Below, piece by piece: positions 1-7,884 of a DNA stretch of 40,774 nt. The stretch is from positions 1 to 40,774 of the forward strand of contig CAZUKF010000002.1 in NCBI GenBank assembly GCA_964620765.1, given 5' to 3'. The stretch is from an uncultured Rickettsiales bacterium. Lineage in GTDB: Bacteria; Pseudomonadota; Alphaproteobacteria; Rickettsiales; SXRF01. Position 1 is the first letter of the stretch; the number at the start of each line of letters is the position of its first letter. The notes under the pieces are model-generated. The model did not search any database, was not told the DNA's origin, and saw only the letters and a program-made list of their open reading frames with translations. Both the position numbers and the translations under genes were made by a program.

Positions 1-748
1 CGACCGGCGAGGCCAGCCCGGTGCCCACCGCCGTGCCGCCCTGCGCCAGCTCCAGCACCGCCTGCATGGCCTGGTCCTTGCCCAGTGCCATGATGAATTT
101 GTCAATCTGCGCCACGTAGCCGGAAAATTCCTGCCCCAGCGTCAGCGGCGTCGCATCCATCATGTGCGTGCGGCCGATCTTGATGATGTCCTTGAACTCC
201 TTCGTTTTCGCCAGCAGCGCGCCGCGCAAATGCTGCAGCGCCGGCAGCAGGCTGCTCTCGATCTCCGTCGCCGCCGCGATGTGCATCGCCGTCGGAAACG
301 AATCATTCGAAGACTGGCCCATGTTCACATGGTCGTTCGGGTGCACCGGCTTCTTACTGCCCATCACCCCGCCCGCCAGCTCAATGGCACGGTTGGAGAT
401 CACCTCGTTGACGTTCATGTTGGTCTGCGTGCCCGAGCCCGTCTGCCATACCACCAGCGGGAAATGCTCGTCCCACTTGCCTTCCGCCACCTCCGCCGCC
501 GCCTTCTCGACATACTGGCCGGTCTCCTTGTCCAGCGCCCCGAGCTTCACGTTCACCCGCGCCGCCGCCAGCTTCAGCACCCCGAAGGCGTGGATCAGCG
601 CCCGCGGCATTTTCTCCTCGCCGATCTTGAAATTCTGCAGGGAACGCTGTGTCTGCGCCCCCCAGTATTTATCGGCCGGAACCTGGATTTCCCCGAAAGA
701 ATCCGTCTCGACCCGGGTGCTGGCGGCGCTCTTGGCGGTGGCGGGCAT
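1..748 (-). CDS. fumC: Class II fumarate hydratase, N-terminal ~249 codons (C-terminus lies beyond the left edge)
   Basis: Absent from the ORF track because it runs off the edge. Reverse-strand translation from the ATG (complement of 746-748) reads [66 protein letters not shown]...[25 protein letters not shown]...[24 protein letters not shown]. This is the typical FumC/aspartase-family N-terminus, and the frame stays open to position 1. Confidence 0.9.
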   Translation of the reverse strand, partial: MPATAKSAASTRVETDSFGEIQVPADKYWGAQTQRSLQNFKIGEEKMPRALIHAFGVLKLAAARVNVKLGALDKETGQYVEKAAAEVAEGKWDEHFPLVVWQTGSGTQTNMNVNEVISNRAIELAGGVMGSKKPVHPNDHVNMGQSSNDSFPTAMHIAAATEIESSLLPALQHLRGALLAKTKEFKDIIKIGRTHMMDATPLTLGQEFSGYVAQIDKFIMALGKDQAMQAVLELAQGGTAVGTGLASPV

Positions 749-810
749 AAAATTAACCTACTTTCATGGAATTGTAACAACGCTTTAGCCTGCCTACGGC
801 TATAATCACT

Positions 811-1353
811 GTGAGAACAACTGTAAAGCACGAGGTTCTTTTGAGTGGCGAAGGCATAGCTCTCTACAGCCTGATGGAAAGCGACGCTGCTGAACGCGGT
901 GTGCGCAACCTGCAGAGATTGATGGACGTGCGTGACCGCGCGGACGAGCTGCGCGCAGCGGGGGTGGCCGTACCCACCTTGCGTGAATTCGAGAAAGCCC
1001 ACCCTGTGGAAAAACCCAGCCTTTTTAGCTCCATCGCCAAGGGTGCGGCCAACGGCGCAGCCGTGGCGGCTGCATTTTTTGCCGTCGGCGCGCTCATTTT
1101 CGATGCACCTGTTTTCGCGGCAATCGGTTTGGGCAGCCTTGTTGGCATCGTGCTGGGCGGCATTGCCGGCACCTTTGAGCAAAGCAAGATCGCCGACCAC
1201 GGCAGGCTGGTAGACGCCTACGCAAAGCACATCGAAGCGCTCGAGCATGCCCCCGCCCCTGCCCACGCGCAGGAGAGCAGCGTTGCCTACCGCACAGACC
1301 ACGCTGATAAGGTGCTGGCCGCCCGCTCGCACGAGCACGCCCACCATCTCTAA
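811..1353 (+). CDS. Hypothetical membrane protein with a glycine-zipper helical hairpin (paralogue A)
   Basis: ORF with a hydrophobic Gly/Ala-rich stretch, AVAAAFFAVGALIFDAPVFAAIGLGSLVGIVLGGIAGTF, containing a GxxxGxxxGxxxG motif. It shares architecture and motifs with the next ORF. The start is uncertain: GTG at 811, or TTG at 841 preceded by GAGG at 832-835. Confidence 0.55.
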   Translation: MRTTVKHEVLLSGEGIALYSLMESDAAERGVRNLQRLMDVRDRADELRAAGVAVPTLREFEKAHPVEKPSLFSSIAKGAANGAAVAAAFFAVGALIFDAPVFAAIGLGSLVGIVLGGIAGTFEQSKIADHGRLVDAYAKHIEALEHAPAPAHAQESSVAYRTDHADKVLAARSHEHAHHL

Positions 1354-1474
1354 CGCCAATACACTGAATTACATACGTTAATTCCCACGTTCACGCCGCT
1401 GTCACACAGGGAATCACCTAAACGTCACGCCCTGCCGCCCTTCCCAAAGTTATACTAAAGCATAGGAGAGCACT

Positions 1475-1942
1475 ATGCTTGAGCGGGAACTCATCAACCT
1501 CATTTACTTAAGCGACCTGCAGCAGCACACCGCCTACCGCGAGAAGCTGGCCGTCCTGCGTGACCGCGCGGCGTACCTGTCGCTCACCTCGGGCATGGAG
1601 CCCATGGGCATCTGCCGCTTCGCCAACAACCAGAAGTCTGTCCGCCATTTCGGCCCGCTGAAATATTTGGGCTACGGCGCCGCTTTCGGCGCCGGCACCA
1701 TGGGTGCGCTGGGCCTGCTCATCGGCAGCGCCATCTCCGCCGCGCCGCTGACCATCCCGCTGGCCTTCTCCGGTGCCATCGCCGGCTGCGCGCTTGGCGC
1801 ACTGCATGAATACGAGGATTGCCGCCTGAGCGACCTCTTCCGCAAATACGAAGCCTATCTCGATGCTTTCGAGCTCGCCGCCCAGCGCGCGCACGTGCCA
1901 CCCCCGCAAATGGTAGTGCGGCACAAGGAAGCGGTGTTCTGA
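1475..1942 (+). CDS. Hypothetical membrane protein with a glycine-zipper helical hairpin (paralogue B)
   Basis: ATG preceded by AGGAGA. Gly/Ala-rich hydrophobic hairpin GYGAAFGAGTMGALGLLIGSAISAAPLTIPLAFSGAIAGCALGAL. The C-terminal helix RLSDLFRKYEAYLDAFELA parallels KIADHGRLVDAYAKHIEALE in paralogue A. Confidence 0.65.
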   Translation: MLERELINLIYLSDLQQHTAYREKLAVLRDRAAYLSLTSGMEPMGICRFANNQKSVRHFGPLKYLGYGAAFGAGTMGALGLLIGSAISAAPLTIPLAFSGAIAGCALGALHEYEDCRLSDLFRKYEAYLDAFELAAQRAHVPPPQMVVRHKEAVF

Positions 1943-1948
1943 AAAATC

Positions 1949-2386
1949 TTAAAGCAAGCCACCGTATTTGTAGCGGGAAGGAGCAGCAGGCACCTGCTCG
2001 GCTTCCTTCGTCACGACAATCACTTCCGGCACAGCAGGAGTCGTGACACCCAGGACCGTCTGCAGGTCCCGCTCAAGCATTGCAGCATCAGTACGTGAAC
2101 CATCGGTTTTGAAAAGGTCTACCGGGATTACAAACTGCTCAGCCCACAAATCGTGCTTCCAGGATTGGCCCAAATTATATCCCTGGCGGCGCATGCCCCC
2201 CGTAATATCATCCCGCAGCAGCCGGGCGCCGCATTCCCGCGAATCATAACCTTCCGGGTCCATGCCGATATCGATCACGATATAGTGAGAATCCGTGGGA
2301 TGCTGGTGGCTGCTTTCCCAGTCTGGTGAGAAATCTTTCCGCAGTTCGACATCGAGATTGTAAGGCGGCGCCTTGACCGGCTGCAT
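1949..2386 (-). CDS. Hypothetical protein (145 aa)
   Basis: Complete ORF with a good SD (AAGAGGA) upstream of the ATG. It lies 44 bp downstream of purK on the same strand. No recognisable motif. Confidence 0.55.
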   Translation of the reverse strand: MQPVKAPPYNLDVELRKDFSPDWESSHQHPTDSHYIVIDIGMDPEGYDSRECGARLLRDDITGGMRRQGYNLGQSWKHDLWAEQFVIPVDLFKTDGSRTDAAMLERDLQTVLGVTTPAVPEVIVVTKEAEQVPAAPSRYKYGGLL

Positions 2387-2430
2387 AAATCCTCTTTTCT
2401 TTAATGATAATTAATATTCTTGGCGGCTTG

Positions 2431-3486
2431 TCAAGATAAGTTCGTTTTCAGCTCCGTCACGTGGCCCATCTTGCGGCCTTCCCGCACCTCTTTTTTGCCA
2501 TATAAGTGCACGCGGGTATTGGGCTTTTTCAGCCATTCCTCCCAGGCGTTCACTTCGGCGCCGATGAGGTTTGTCATCACCGCCGGACAGAGCTCCCGCG
2601 TTTCCCCCAGCTTCAGCCCGCAGATGGCCCGCACCGTTTGCTCGAACTGCGAAACCGGGCAGGCGTCGATCGTCCAGTGCCCGGAATTATGCGGCCGCGG
2701 TGCCAGCTCGTTCACCAGCAGCCCGCCCGGGGTCACGAACATTTCCACCGCCAGCAGGCCCACCAGCTCCAGCTCCTTGGCAATCTTGACCGCCATTTCA
2801 CGCGCCTCTTGCTGCAGCTTCGCATCAATCCGCGCGGGCGCGATGGTCTGGTGCAGGATGTGGTTTTTATGGATGTTCTCCACCGGCACATACGCCGCCG
2901 TCTCGCCTTTTTCCGAACGCGCGACGATGACGGAAATCTCCATCGTAAAATCCACAAACTTTTCGAGGATATATTCGCCGGGCTTGATGGCCGGTGCATC
3001 GGCGGGCGTCTTGATCTTCCACTGCCCCTTGCCGTCATAGCCCATGCGGGCGGTTTTCAGCACCGAGGATGTGCCAATTTTTGCCAGCGCCTCTTTCATT
3101 CCGGACTCGGAATCGACGGCCTCGAACGCCGCTGTGCCGATGCCAAGCTGCTGGATGAAGCTTTTCTCCTGCACCCGGTGCTGGCAGATGGCCAGTACCT
3201 CCGGCGAAGGGTGCACCGGCACCATTTCGCCGATATGCGCCAGCCCCATGATGGGAATGTTTTCAAACTCGATGGTCACCACGTCCACGGACTTGGCAAA
3301 CTTTTCCAGCGCGTCAAAATCCTCGTACCCCGCCACCGTATGCGTATTCGCCACGTGAAAAGCCGGGCTGTCTGCCTCGGGGCAATAGATGTGCGTGTGA
3401 TAGCCAAGTTCCGCGGCGGCAATCGCCAACATTCTTCCCAATTGGCCGCCACCGACAATTCCTATCGTGGAGCCCGGCTTTATCAT
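2431..3486 (-). CDS. purK: N5-carboxyaminoimidazole ribonucleotide synthase
   Basis: The ATP-grasp PurK pattern starts at the internal Met: [34 protein letters not shown]...EFENIP...[12 protein letters not shown]. The track ORF extends to 3645, but the ATG at 3486 gives the classical ATGA overlap with the purE stop. Confidence 0.9.
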   Translation of the reverse strand: MIKPGSTIGIVGGGQLGRMLAIAAAELGYHTHIYCPEADSPAFHVANTHTVAGYEDFDALEKFAKSVDVVTIEFENIPIMGLAHIGEMVPVHPSPEVLAICQHRVQEKSFIQQLGIGTAAFEAVDSESGMKEALAKIGTSSVLKTARMGYDGKGQWKIKTPADAPAIKPGEYILEKFVDFTMEISVIVARSEKGETAAYVPVENIHKNHILHQTIAPARIDAKLQQEAREMAVKIAKELELVGLLAVEMFVTPGGLLVNELAPRPHNSGHWTIDACPVSQFEQTVRAICGLKLGETRELCPAVMTNLIGAEVNAWEEWLKKPNTRVHLYGKKEVREGRKMGHVTELKTNLS

Positions 3487-3965
3487 GCGGGTTTTTCGGA
3501 AACGCTTTTCGTTTGTTTCGCGCGCCACTTTTCCAGTCGCGCAGAAAGCTTGGGATCTGAAGTCGCAAGAATGGAAGCCGCCAGCAACCCGGCATTTGCC
3601 GCGCCCGCCTTGCCAATAGCCAATGTGCCTACGGGAACACCGCACGGCATCTGCGCAATGGAAAGCAGGCTGTCCAGCCCTTTAAGCGTCTTGCTCTCCA
3701 CCGGCACGCCCAGCACCGGCAGATGCGTCATCGAGGCCGCCATGCCGGGCAAATGCGCCGCCCCGCCCGCACCGGCGATGATCACCTTGAAGCCCGCCTT
3801 CGCTGCGCCCTTGGCAAACGTGTACAGCCGGTCGGGCGTGCGGTGCGCGGAAACAACCTTGGAGATGTACGGGATTTTCAGCTCGTCGAGCTTTTCGGCG
3901 GCGTGCTTCATGGTCTCCCAGTCAGACTGGCTTCCCATGATGATGGCAACAGGCACGCGGGCCAT
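3483..3965 (-). CDS. purE: N5-carboxyaminoimidazole ribonucleotide mutase
   Basis: [44 protein letters not shown]...[23 protein letters not shown] is the canonical PurE sequence. A 4-nt overlap couples it to purK. Confidence 0.93.
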   Translation of the reverse strand: MARVPVAIIMGSQSDWETMKHAAEKLDELKIPYISKVVSAHRTPDRLYTFAKGAAKAGFKVIIAGAGGAAHLPGMAASMTHLPVLGVPVESKTLKGLDSLLSIAQMPCGVPVGTLAIGKAGAANAGLLAASILATSDPKLSARLEKWRAKQTKSVSEKPA

Positions 3966-4085
3966 ATAACTCCCTGAATTAGAGGGTAGGAACCTACCGA
4001 TTTTGCGCCAATTGTCAACGCGGGTGCGGCCTTAAAGCCGTTCCGGGTACGAAATCAGGAGCAAAAGACGCGATTTCTTGTCCCC

Positions 4086-4101
4086 AATATATTAATATAT
4101 T
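4086..4101. promoter_or_regulatory. Perfect 16-bp AT palindrome AATATATTAATATATT in the purE / GGDEF divergent intergenic region (candidate operator)
   Basis: Read directly from the sequence. The motif is its own reverse complement and also a direct repeat of the 8-mer AATATATT. It sits about 115-120 bp from both divergent start codons. Confidence 0.3.
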
Positions 4102-4216
4102 GATATATAATGATATTACCTTAAGCGGCGCGAAGAATGATTAAAAAACTTTCTGTTTTGAATTCAGATCGTTCATGATATAAACGTAGAGCCTTGGGAG
4201 GGACGCTACAAAAAAT

Positions 4217-4921
4217 ATGAAGATTTCGCCTGCGAAAAACATCGACGAAGCTGTTACTCCCTCCTCCAAAGCCCGTATTTCGGAACGCATGCAGCTCCTC
4301 GGCATCCCTGAAGAAGAGCTCACGCCCTCCGTTAACTTCGCGGTTTCCGCGTTGCTGGAGCGGCTGGATGACATGGGCCGCGAGCTGTCGCGCACCAAGG
4401 ACAACCTCTCGGAAATCGAACGCCTGGTGGATGTAGACTGCCTGGCCCCCATCCCCAACCGCCGCGCTTTTATGCGCCGCCTGGGCTGGGCTGTCGCCAT
4501 GATGGAGCGCTATGGCCATCCCACCTCGATCCTGTTCTTTGACCTGAATGATTTCAAGCTGATCAACGACACCTACGGCCACGCCGCCGGCGACCTCGCC
4601 ATCCGCCACGTGTCACAACTGCTTTCCGCCACGCTGCGCGAGTCGGATTTCATCGCCCGCATCGGCGGAGACGAATTCGCCATCATCATGTACCACGCCT
4701 CCGAAGAAGCCGCGAAACGCCGCGGCAAGAAAATCGCGGAGACGCTGCGCGCCACCCCGCTCATCTTCAACGGCGCGCCGATTGAAATGTCCACCGCCTT
4801 CGGCTGCTACGCCATCAAGGCCGGGGATGACGCCGAGGGCGCGCTGGCCGCGGCCGACATGTCGATGTTCGTCGACAAGCGCCGCAGCAAGGCCGCGATG
4901 GCTGAGGCCAAAGCGCTGTAA
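4217..4921 (+). CDS. Diguanylate cyclase (GGDEF domain) with an N-terminal coiled-coil region
   Basis: FFDLNDFKLINDTYGHAAGDLAIRHV...LRESDFIARIGGDEFAII carries the GGDEF active site. An RxxD I-site (RESD) lies five residues upstream of it. Confidence 0.9.
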   Translation: MKISPAKNIDEAVTPSSKARISERMQLLGIPEEELTPSVNFAVSALLERLDDMGRELSRTKDNLSEIERLVDVDCLAPIPNRRAFMRRLGWAVAMMERYGHPTSILFFDLNDFKLINDTYGHAAGDLAIRHVSQLLSATLRESDFIARIGGDEFAIIMYHASEEAAKRRGKKIAETLRATPLIFNGAPIEMSTAFGCYAIKAGDDAEGALAAADMSMFVDKRRSKAAMAEAKAL

Positions 4922-5022
4922 AACAAGTATATTTATCTTCTTTGAATCTTAATAAAACCCTAATAATTCTTATTCTTTTTTTTGCTATTCTGGCTCCTAG
5001 CCCCTCGCGCAAGGAACCCAAA

Positions 5023-5178
5023 ATGCATACCAACACCGCCCCCCAAGACACCTCCATCTTCAGCCTGCTGGATATGTTTGATTCCATGGATCAGGACGAG
5101 ATCCGCCAAATCATCGGCAACTACTGCCTGCAATCCAAACCCTGTTTCACCGTAGGCCCCACCAGCGTGTTCGAGTAG
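5023..5178 (+). CDS. Small hypothetical protein (51 aa)
   Basis: Internal ATG of the 4942..5178 ORF, preceded by AAGGA at 5011-5015. Sequence: MHTNTAPQDTSIFSLLDMFDSMDQDEIRQIIGNYCLQSKPCFTVGPTSVFE. No known motif; the upstream part of the track ORF lies in AT-rich sequence. Confidence 0.3.
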   Translation: MHTNTAPQDTSIFSLLDMFDSMDQDEIRQIIGNYCLQSKPCFTVGPTSVFE

Positions 5179-5286
5179 GCCCCTCTATTAATTGGCGGTT
5201 GTTAACTTTTTCGACGCATTGTCACACAACTGTAACATTCTGCATCTTGTTACTTTATATGTGATCTGGTACTTTTTTACCGCCGT

Positions 5287-6300
5287 ATGTTGCGCCCCTT
5301 TGAAACAGGTATCCTCTTGAAAAACTCATCAAAGTGCCTCTCTTTCGCCGTTGCCGCCGTTGCCGCCACCCTGGTAGCCGGAACGCCGGCCGTTGCAGCG
5401 GAAAAGCTGGCCACGCTGGGCACCGCCGGGGTTACAGGGGTGTACTACCCCGCGGGCGGCGCCATCTGCCGCCTCGTCAACCGCGGCCGCAAGGAACACG
5501 GTATACGCTGCGTGGTGGAATCCACCGGCGGCTCCATCAACAACCTCGAATCCGTCGCCTCGGGTGACCTGAACCTCGGCATGGCGCAGTCAGACTGGCT
5601 GTACCACGCCTATCACGGCACCGAGATATTCGCCGGCCACGGCGCCAATGAAAAACTCCGCGTGCTCTTCGCCCTGCATCCCGAGCCGTTCACCATCATG
5701 GCCCGCCGCGAAAGCAAGATTGATTCGTTTGACGAGCTCAAAGGCAAGCGCGTCAACATCGGCAATCCCGGCTCCGGCATGCGCGCAACGATGGAAGAGC
5801 TGATGAAGCTCAAGGGTTGGAGCGAGAAAAACTTCTCCGAAGTCAGCGAAATGAAAGCGGTGGATCAGGGCCAAGCGCTCTGTGACAAGAAAATCGACGC
5901 GATTGTTTATGCCGCCGGCCACCCCAACGGCGCCGTGCAGCAGGTCACCAACTCCTGCGACGCCCGCCTCATCGGCGTCACCGGCCCGGCGGTGGACGAG
6001 TTCATCCGCCTCAAGCCGTATTATTCCTACGCCACCATCCCCGGCAACATGTATAAGGGCAACCCCGGTGACGTGCGCACCTTCGGCGTGCGCGCCGTGG
6101 TTTTCGCCTCGGCAGACATGGATAACGAGGAAGCGTATGAAATCGTGAAATCCGTGTTCGACAACCTTGAGAACTTCAAAACCCTGCACCCGGTTTTTGC
6201 AACGCTGGATGCGCGCAGCATGGTCAACAGCGCGGCAGGCATCGCACCGCTGCATGACGGCGCCAAGCGCTATTTCCAGGAAAAAGGCCTGCTGAAATAA
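5287..6300 (+). CDS. TAXI-family TRAP transporter solute-binding receptor
   Basis: Signal peptide (AVAAVAATLVAGTPAVAA) followed by LATLGTAGVTGVYYPAGGAICRLVN...TGGSINNLESVASGDLNLGMAQSD, typical of TAXI (Imp-like) receptors. The start may be slightly downstream. Confidence 0.85.
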   Translation: MLRPFETGILLKNSSKCLSFAVAAVAATLVAGTPAVAAEKLATLGTAGVTGVYYPAGGAICRLVNRGRKEHGIRCVVESTGGSINNLESVASGDLNLGMAQSDWLYHAYHGTEIFAGHGANEKLRVLFALHPEPFTIMARRESKIDSFDELKGKRVNIGNPGSGMRATMEELMKLKGWSEKNFSEVSEMKAVDQGQALCDKKIDAIVYAAGHPNGAVQQVTNSCDARLIGVTGPAVDEFIRLKPYYSYATIPGNMYKGNPGDVRTFGVRAVVFASADMDNEEAYEIVKSVFDNLENFKTLHPVFATLDARSMVNSAAGIAPLHDGAKRYFQEKGLLK

Positions 6301-6304
6301 GTCT

Positions 6305-6390
6305 GTCGTCCCGAACTCGTTTCGGGACCCACTCCTCAACCTGAGAACTGTACCGCTTAATAGTGGATGCTGAAACAAGTTCAGCATGAC
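6305..6390. repeat. Composite palindromic intergenic element (two inverted ~26-nt modules, each a hairpin)
   Basis: The left module gtcgtcccgaactcgtttcgggaccc resembles the reverse complement of the right module, gtcatgctgaacttgtttcagcatcc. Each module folds on itself (gtcccgaa/ttcgggac and atgctgaa/ttcagcat). Confidence 0.6.
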
Positions 6391-6398
6391 ATTTTTTT
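6367..6398 (+). terminator. Rho-independent terminator after the TAXI gene
   Basis: 8-bp stem atgctgaa/ttcagcat with a 5-nt loop, followed by gaca and a run of seven T (6392-6398). Confidence 0.6.
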
Positions 6399-7776
6399 AA
6401 GCAGTAAGCGTAACCGCCAGCGCGGCAGCCTGCGCGCGTAGTTCCGGCACCGCCGTTGATTCCAGCCACTGCCCCGCTCCCAGCGCGCCCAGCGCGTAAA
6501 TCCCCTCGCCGGTACACCCTTTCGCATCCAGCTTTATTCCAGCCCCGGAAGGATGCTCCTCCACCAGCCCACCCGCGGCAAGCGAACGCAGCAACAACGA
6601 AGACTGCATCACGCTGCCGTAGGAAGGCCCCGTGCAGTTGATGATGAGATCCGCCGCCATCCGCGACGGCGCGGGGTTGCCGTGAAACGGCTCTACCAGC
6701 GCGCCCCACGTATTGCCCACCTGCACCACGTGCTTCACCTGCCCCGTGTAATGCGTGATATTGCCCCGCCTTAAAATACCGTGAATCCTTTCCGCCACCT
6801 CGGGCGCCATGCGGTGGCGGTGCACGTTCCAGAATGAAAACAGCCGCGCAAACACCTTGCGCTGCTGCTCCCGCGGCAGGCTTTGCCACCAGGCTTGCGT
6901 ATGCGGGCGCAGGCCGTCAATCACGCTGTGCCACGGCATTTTCGCTGCCGCCTGCCGCAGCGCGTGCAGCATGCCCAGCGCAGTTTTCTGTGCCAGTATT
7001 TCCGCCGAGGGCTCACGCGGATGCGGCGGAATCTGCGGGTGTGCGCACGGCCACAGGCCATGCCGCGAAATAAGCGTGATCTCGCCTTCGAACTTTGCAT
7101 CATCCAGCGTCAGCAGCACATCGATGGCCGTCAGCCCGCTGCCCACCAGCACGATATGCTGCATTCCGCGGATGCGCTCCGCCGCCTCCCCGGTTTTCAG
7201 CTGCAGGAAAAGTGCACCGCTTTCTCCCAGCAGCCTTTCCGTGCCCGGCCCCACCGCCAGCACCATGCTGTCACACGCAATGGATTCTTCCTGCACCGAA
7301 ACGGTCAGGCCGCTGCCGTTGCGAACAGCTGCGCTGGCACTGCCTTGCAGATGCACCACTTCCACGCCGCGCTGCGCCGCTTCTGCAAGGCTCGCCGCGT
7401 GCAGTACCTCCAAATACGCTCCATACAGCACGCGCGGTGCATAATTATCTGCATCCGGCGCATAGCCGGGACAGAAATGTCTTATAACCGCCCGGCCCGG
7501 CTCCGACTGCAGCCACTCCAGAAAATGCTTCGGGTTTTCCTGCAGCGCACCCATGCGGCCGGTGCGCACGTTGAGCAGGTGCGAAGGGTTGAACGTGGCA
7601 TAGGCCGTGCCCGGCCCCGGCACGCCTGCGTGCGCCAGCACGATCCGCGTACCGGGGCGCACCTGCCGGGAAAGGTAATGAGTGAGCACCGTGCCGCAAA
7701 AACCGCCGCCGGCAATGAAGATATCTGCTTTTTTCTGCACAAAAATTGCTGTTTTGAGGGCCAGAGGGCGTTTCAT
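6397..7776 (-). CDS. FAD/NAD(P)-binding oxidoreductase family protein
   Basis: N-terminal dinucleotide-binding motif DIFIAGGGFCGTVL and a second Rossmann-like motif HIVLVGSGLTAIDV. The length and layout resemble the YdhS-like FAD-NAD(P)-binding family. Confidence 0.7.
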   Translation of the reverse strand: MKRPLALKTAIFVQKKADIFIAGGGFCGTVLTHYLSRQVRPGTRIVLAHAGVPGPGTAYATFNPSHLLNVRTGRMGALQENPKHFLEWLQSEPGRAVIRHFCPGYAPDADNYAPRVLYGAYLEVLHAASLAEAAQRGVEVVHLQGSASAAVRNGSGLTVSVQEESIACDSMVLAVGPGTERLLGESGALFLQLKTGEAAERIRGMQHIVLVGSGLTAIDVLLTLDDAKFEGEITLISRHGLWPCAHPQIPPHPREPSAEILAQKTALGMLHALRQAAAKMPWHSVIDGLRPHTQAWWQSLPREQQRKVFARLFSFWNVHRHRMAPEVAERIHGILRRGNITHYTGQVKHVVQVGNTWGALVEPFHGNPAPSRMAADLIINCTGPSYGSVMQSSLLLRSLAAGGLVEEHPSGAGIKLDAKGCTGEGIYALGALGAGQWLESTAVPELRAQAAALAVTLTA

Positions 7777-7820
7777 AGCAGAAACGCCGGATTATCACAA
7801 CCCGGGGTACCATCCGGCGC

Positions 7821-7849
7821 TTGACTCAACGCCCGCATCTACCTACAAA
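7821..7849 (+). promoter_or_regulatory. Candidate sigma-70-type promoter for the symporter gene
   Basis: TTGACT (7821-7826), a 17-nt spacer, then TACAAA (7844-7849), 36 nt upstream of the ATG at 7885. Pattern match only. Confidence 0.25.
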
Positions 7850-7884
7850 ATTCTCTCCCCTTCCTCATAAAACAACGGGATAAA

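Noticed and set aside
162-805. Two overlapping + strand ORFs of 208 and 213 aa
   Set aside because: They lie antisense to the clearly recognisable fumC reading frame. Their translations are Arg/Ala/Leu-rich with no motif, which is typical of a high-GC shadow ORF.
801-806. TATAAT hexamer as a -10 box for the 811 gene
   Set aside because: There is no acceptable -35 at 16-19 bp spacing (TTGTAA is 23 nt away). The hexamer would also sit only 5 nt from the GTG at 811. The evidence is too weak to call.
595-1359. 254-aa ORF on the - strand
   Set aside because: It spans the fumC start and runs antisense to the 811-1353 gene. It does not share the fumC frame, and its composition is that of a shadow ORF.
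2506-3969. 487-aa ORF on the + strand
   Set aside because: It is entirely antisense to purK and purE, both of which have unambiguous family signatures. This is a GC-driven open frame.
5590-6387. 265-aa ORF on the - strand
   Set aside because: It lies antisense to the TAXI receptor gene, and its N-terminus (MLNLFQHP...) is just the translation of the palindromic element at 6367-6390.
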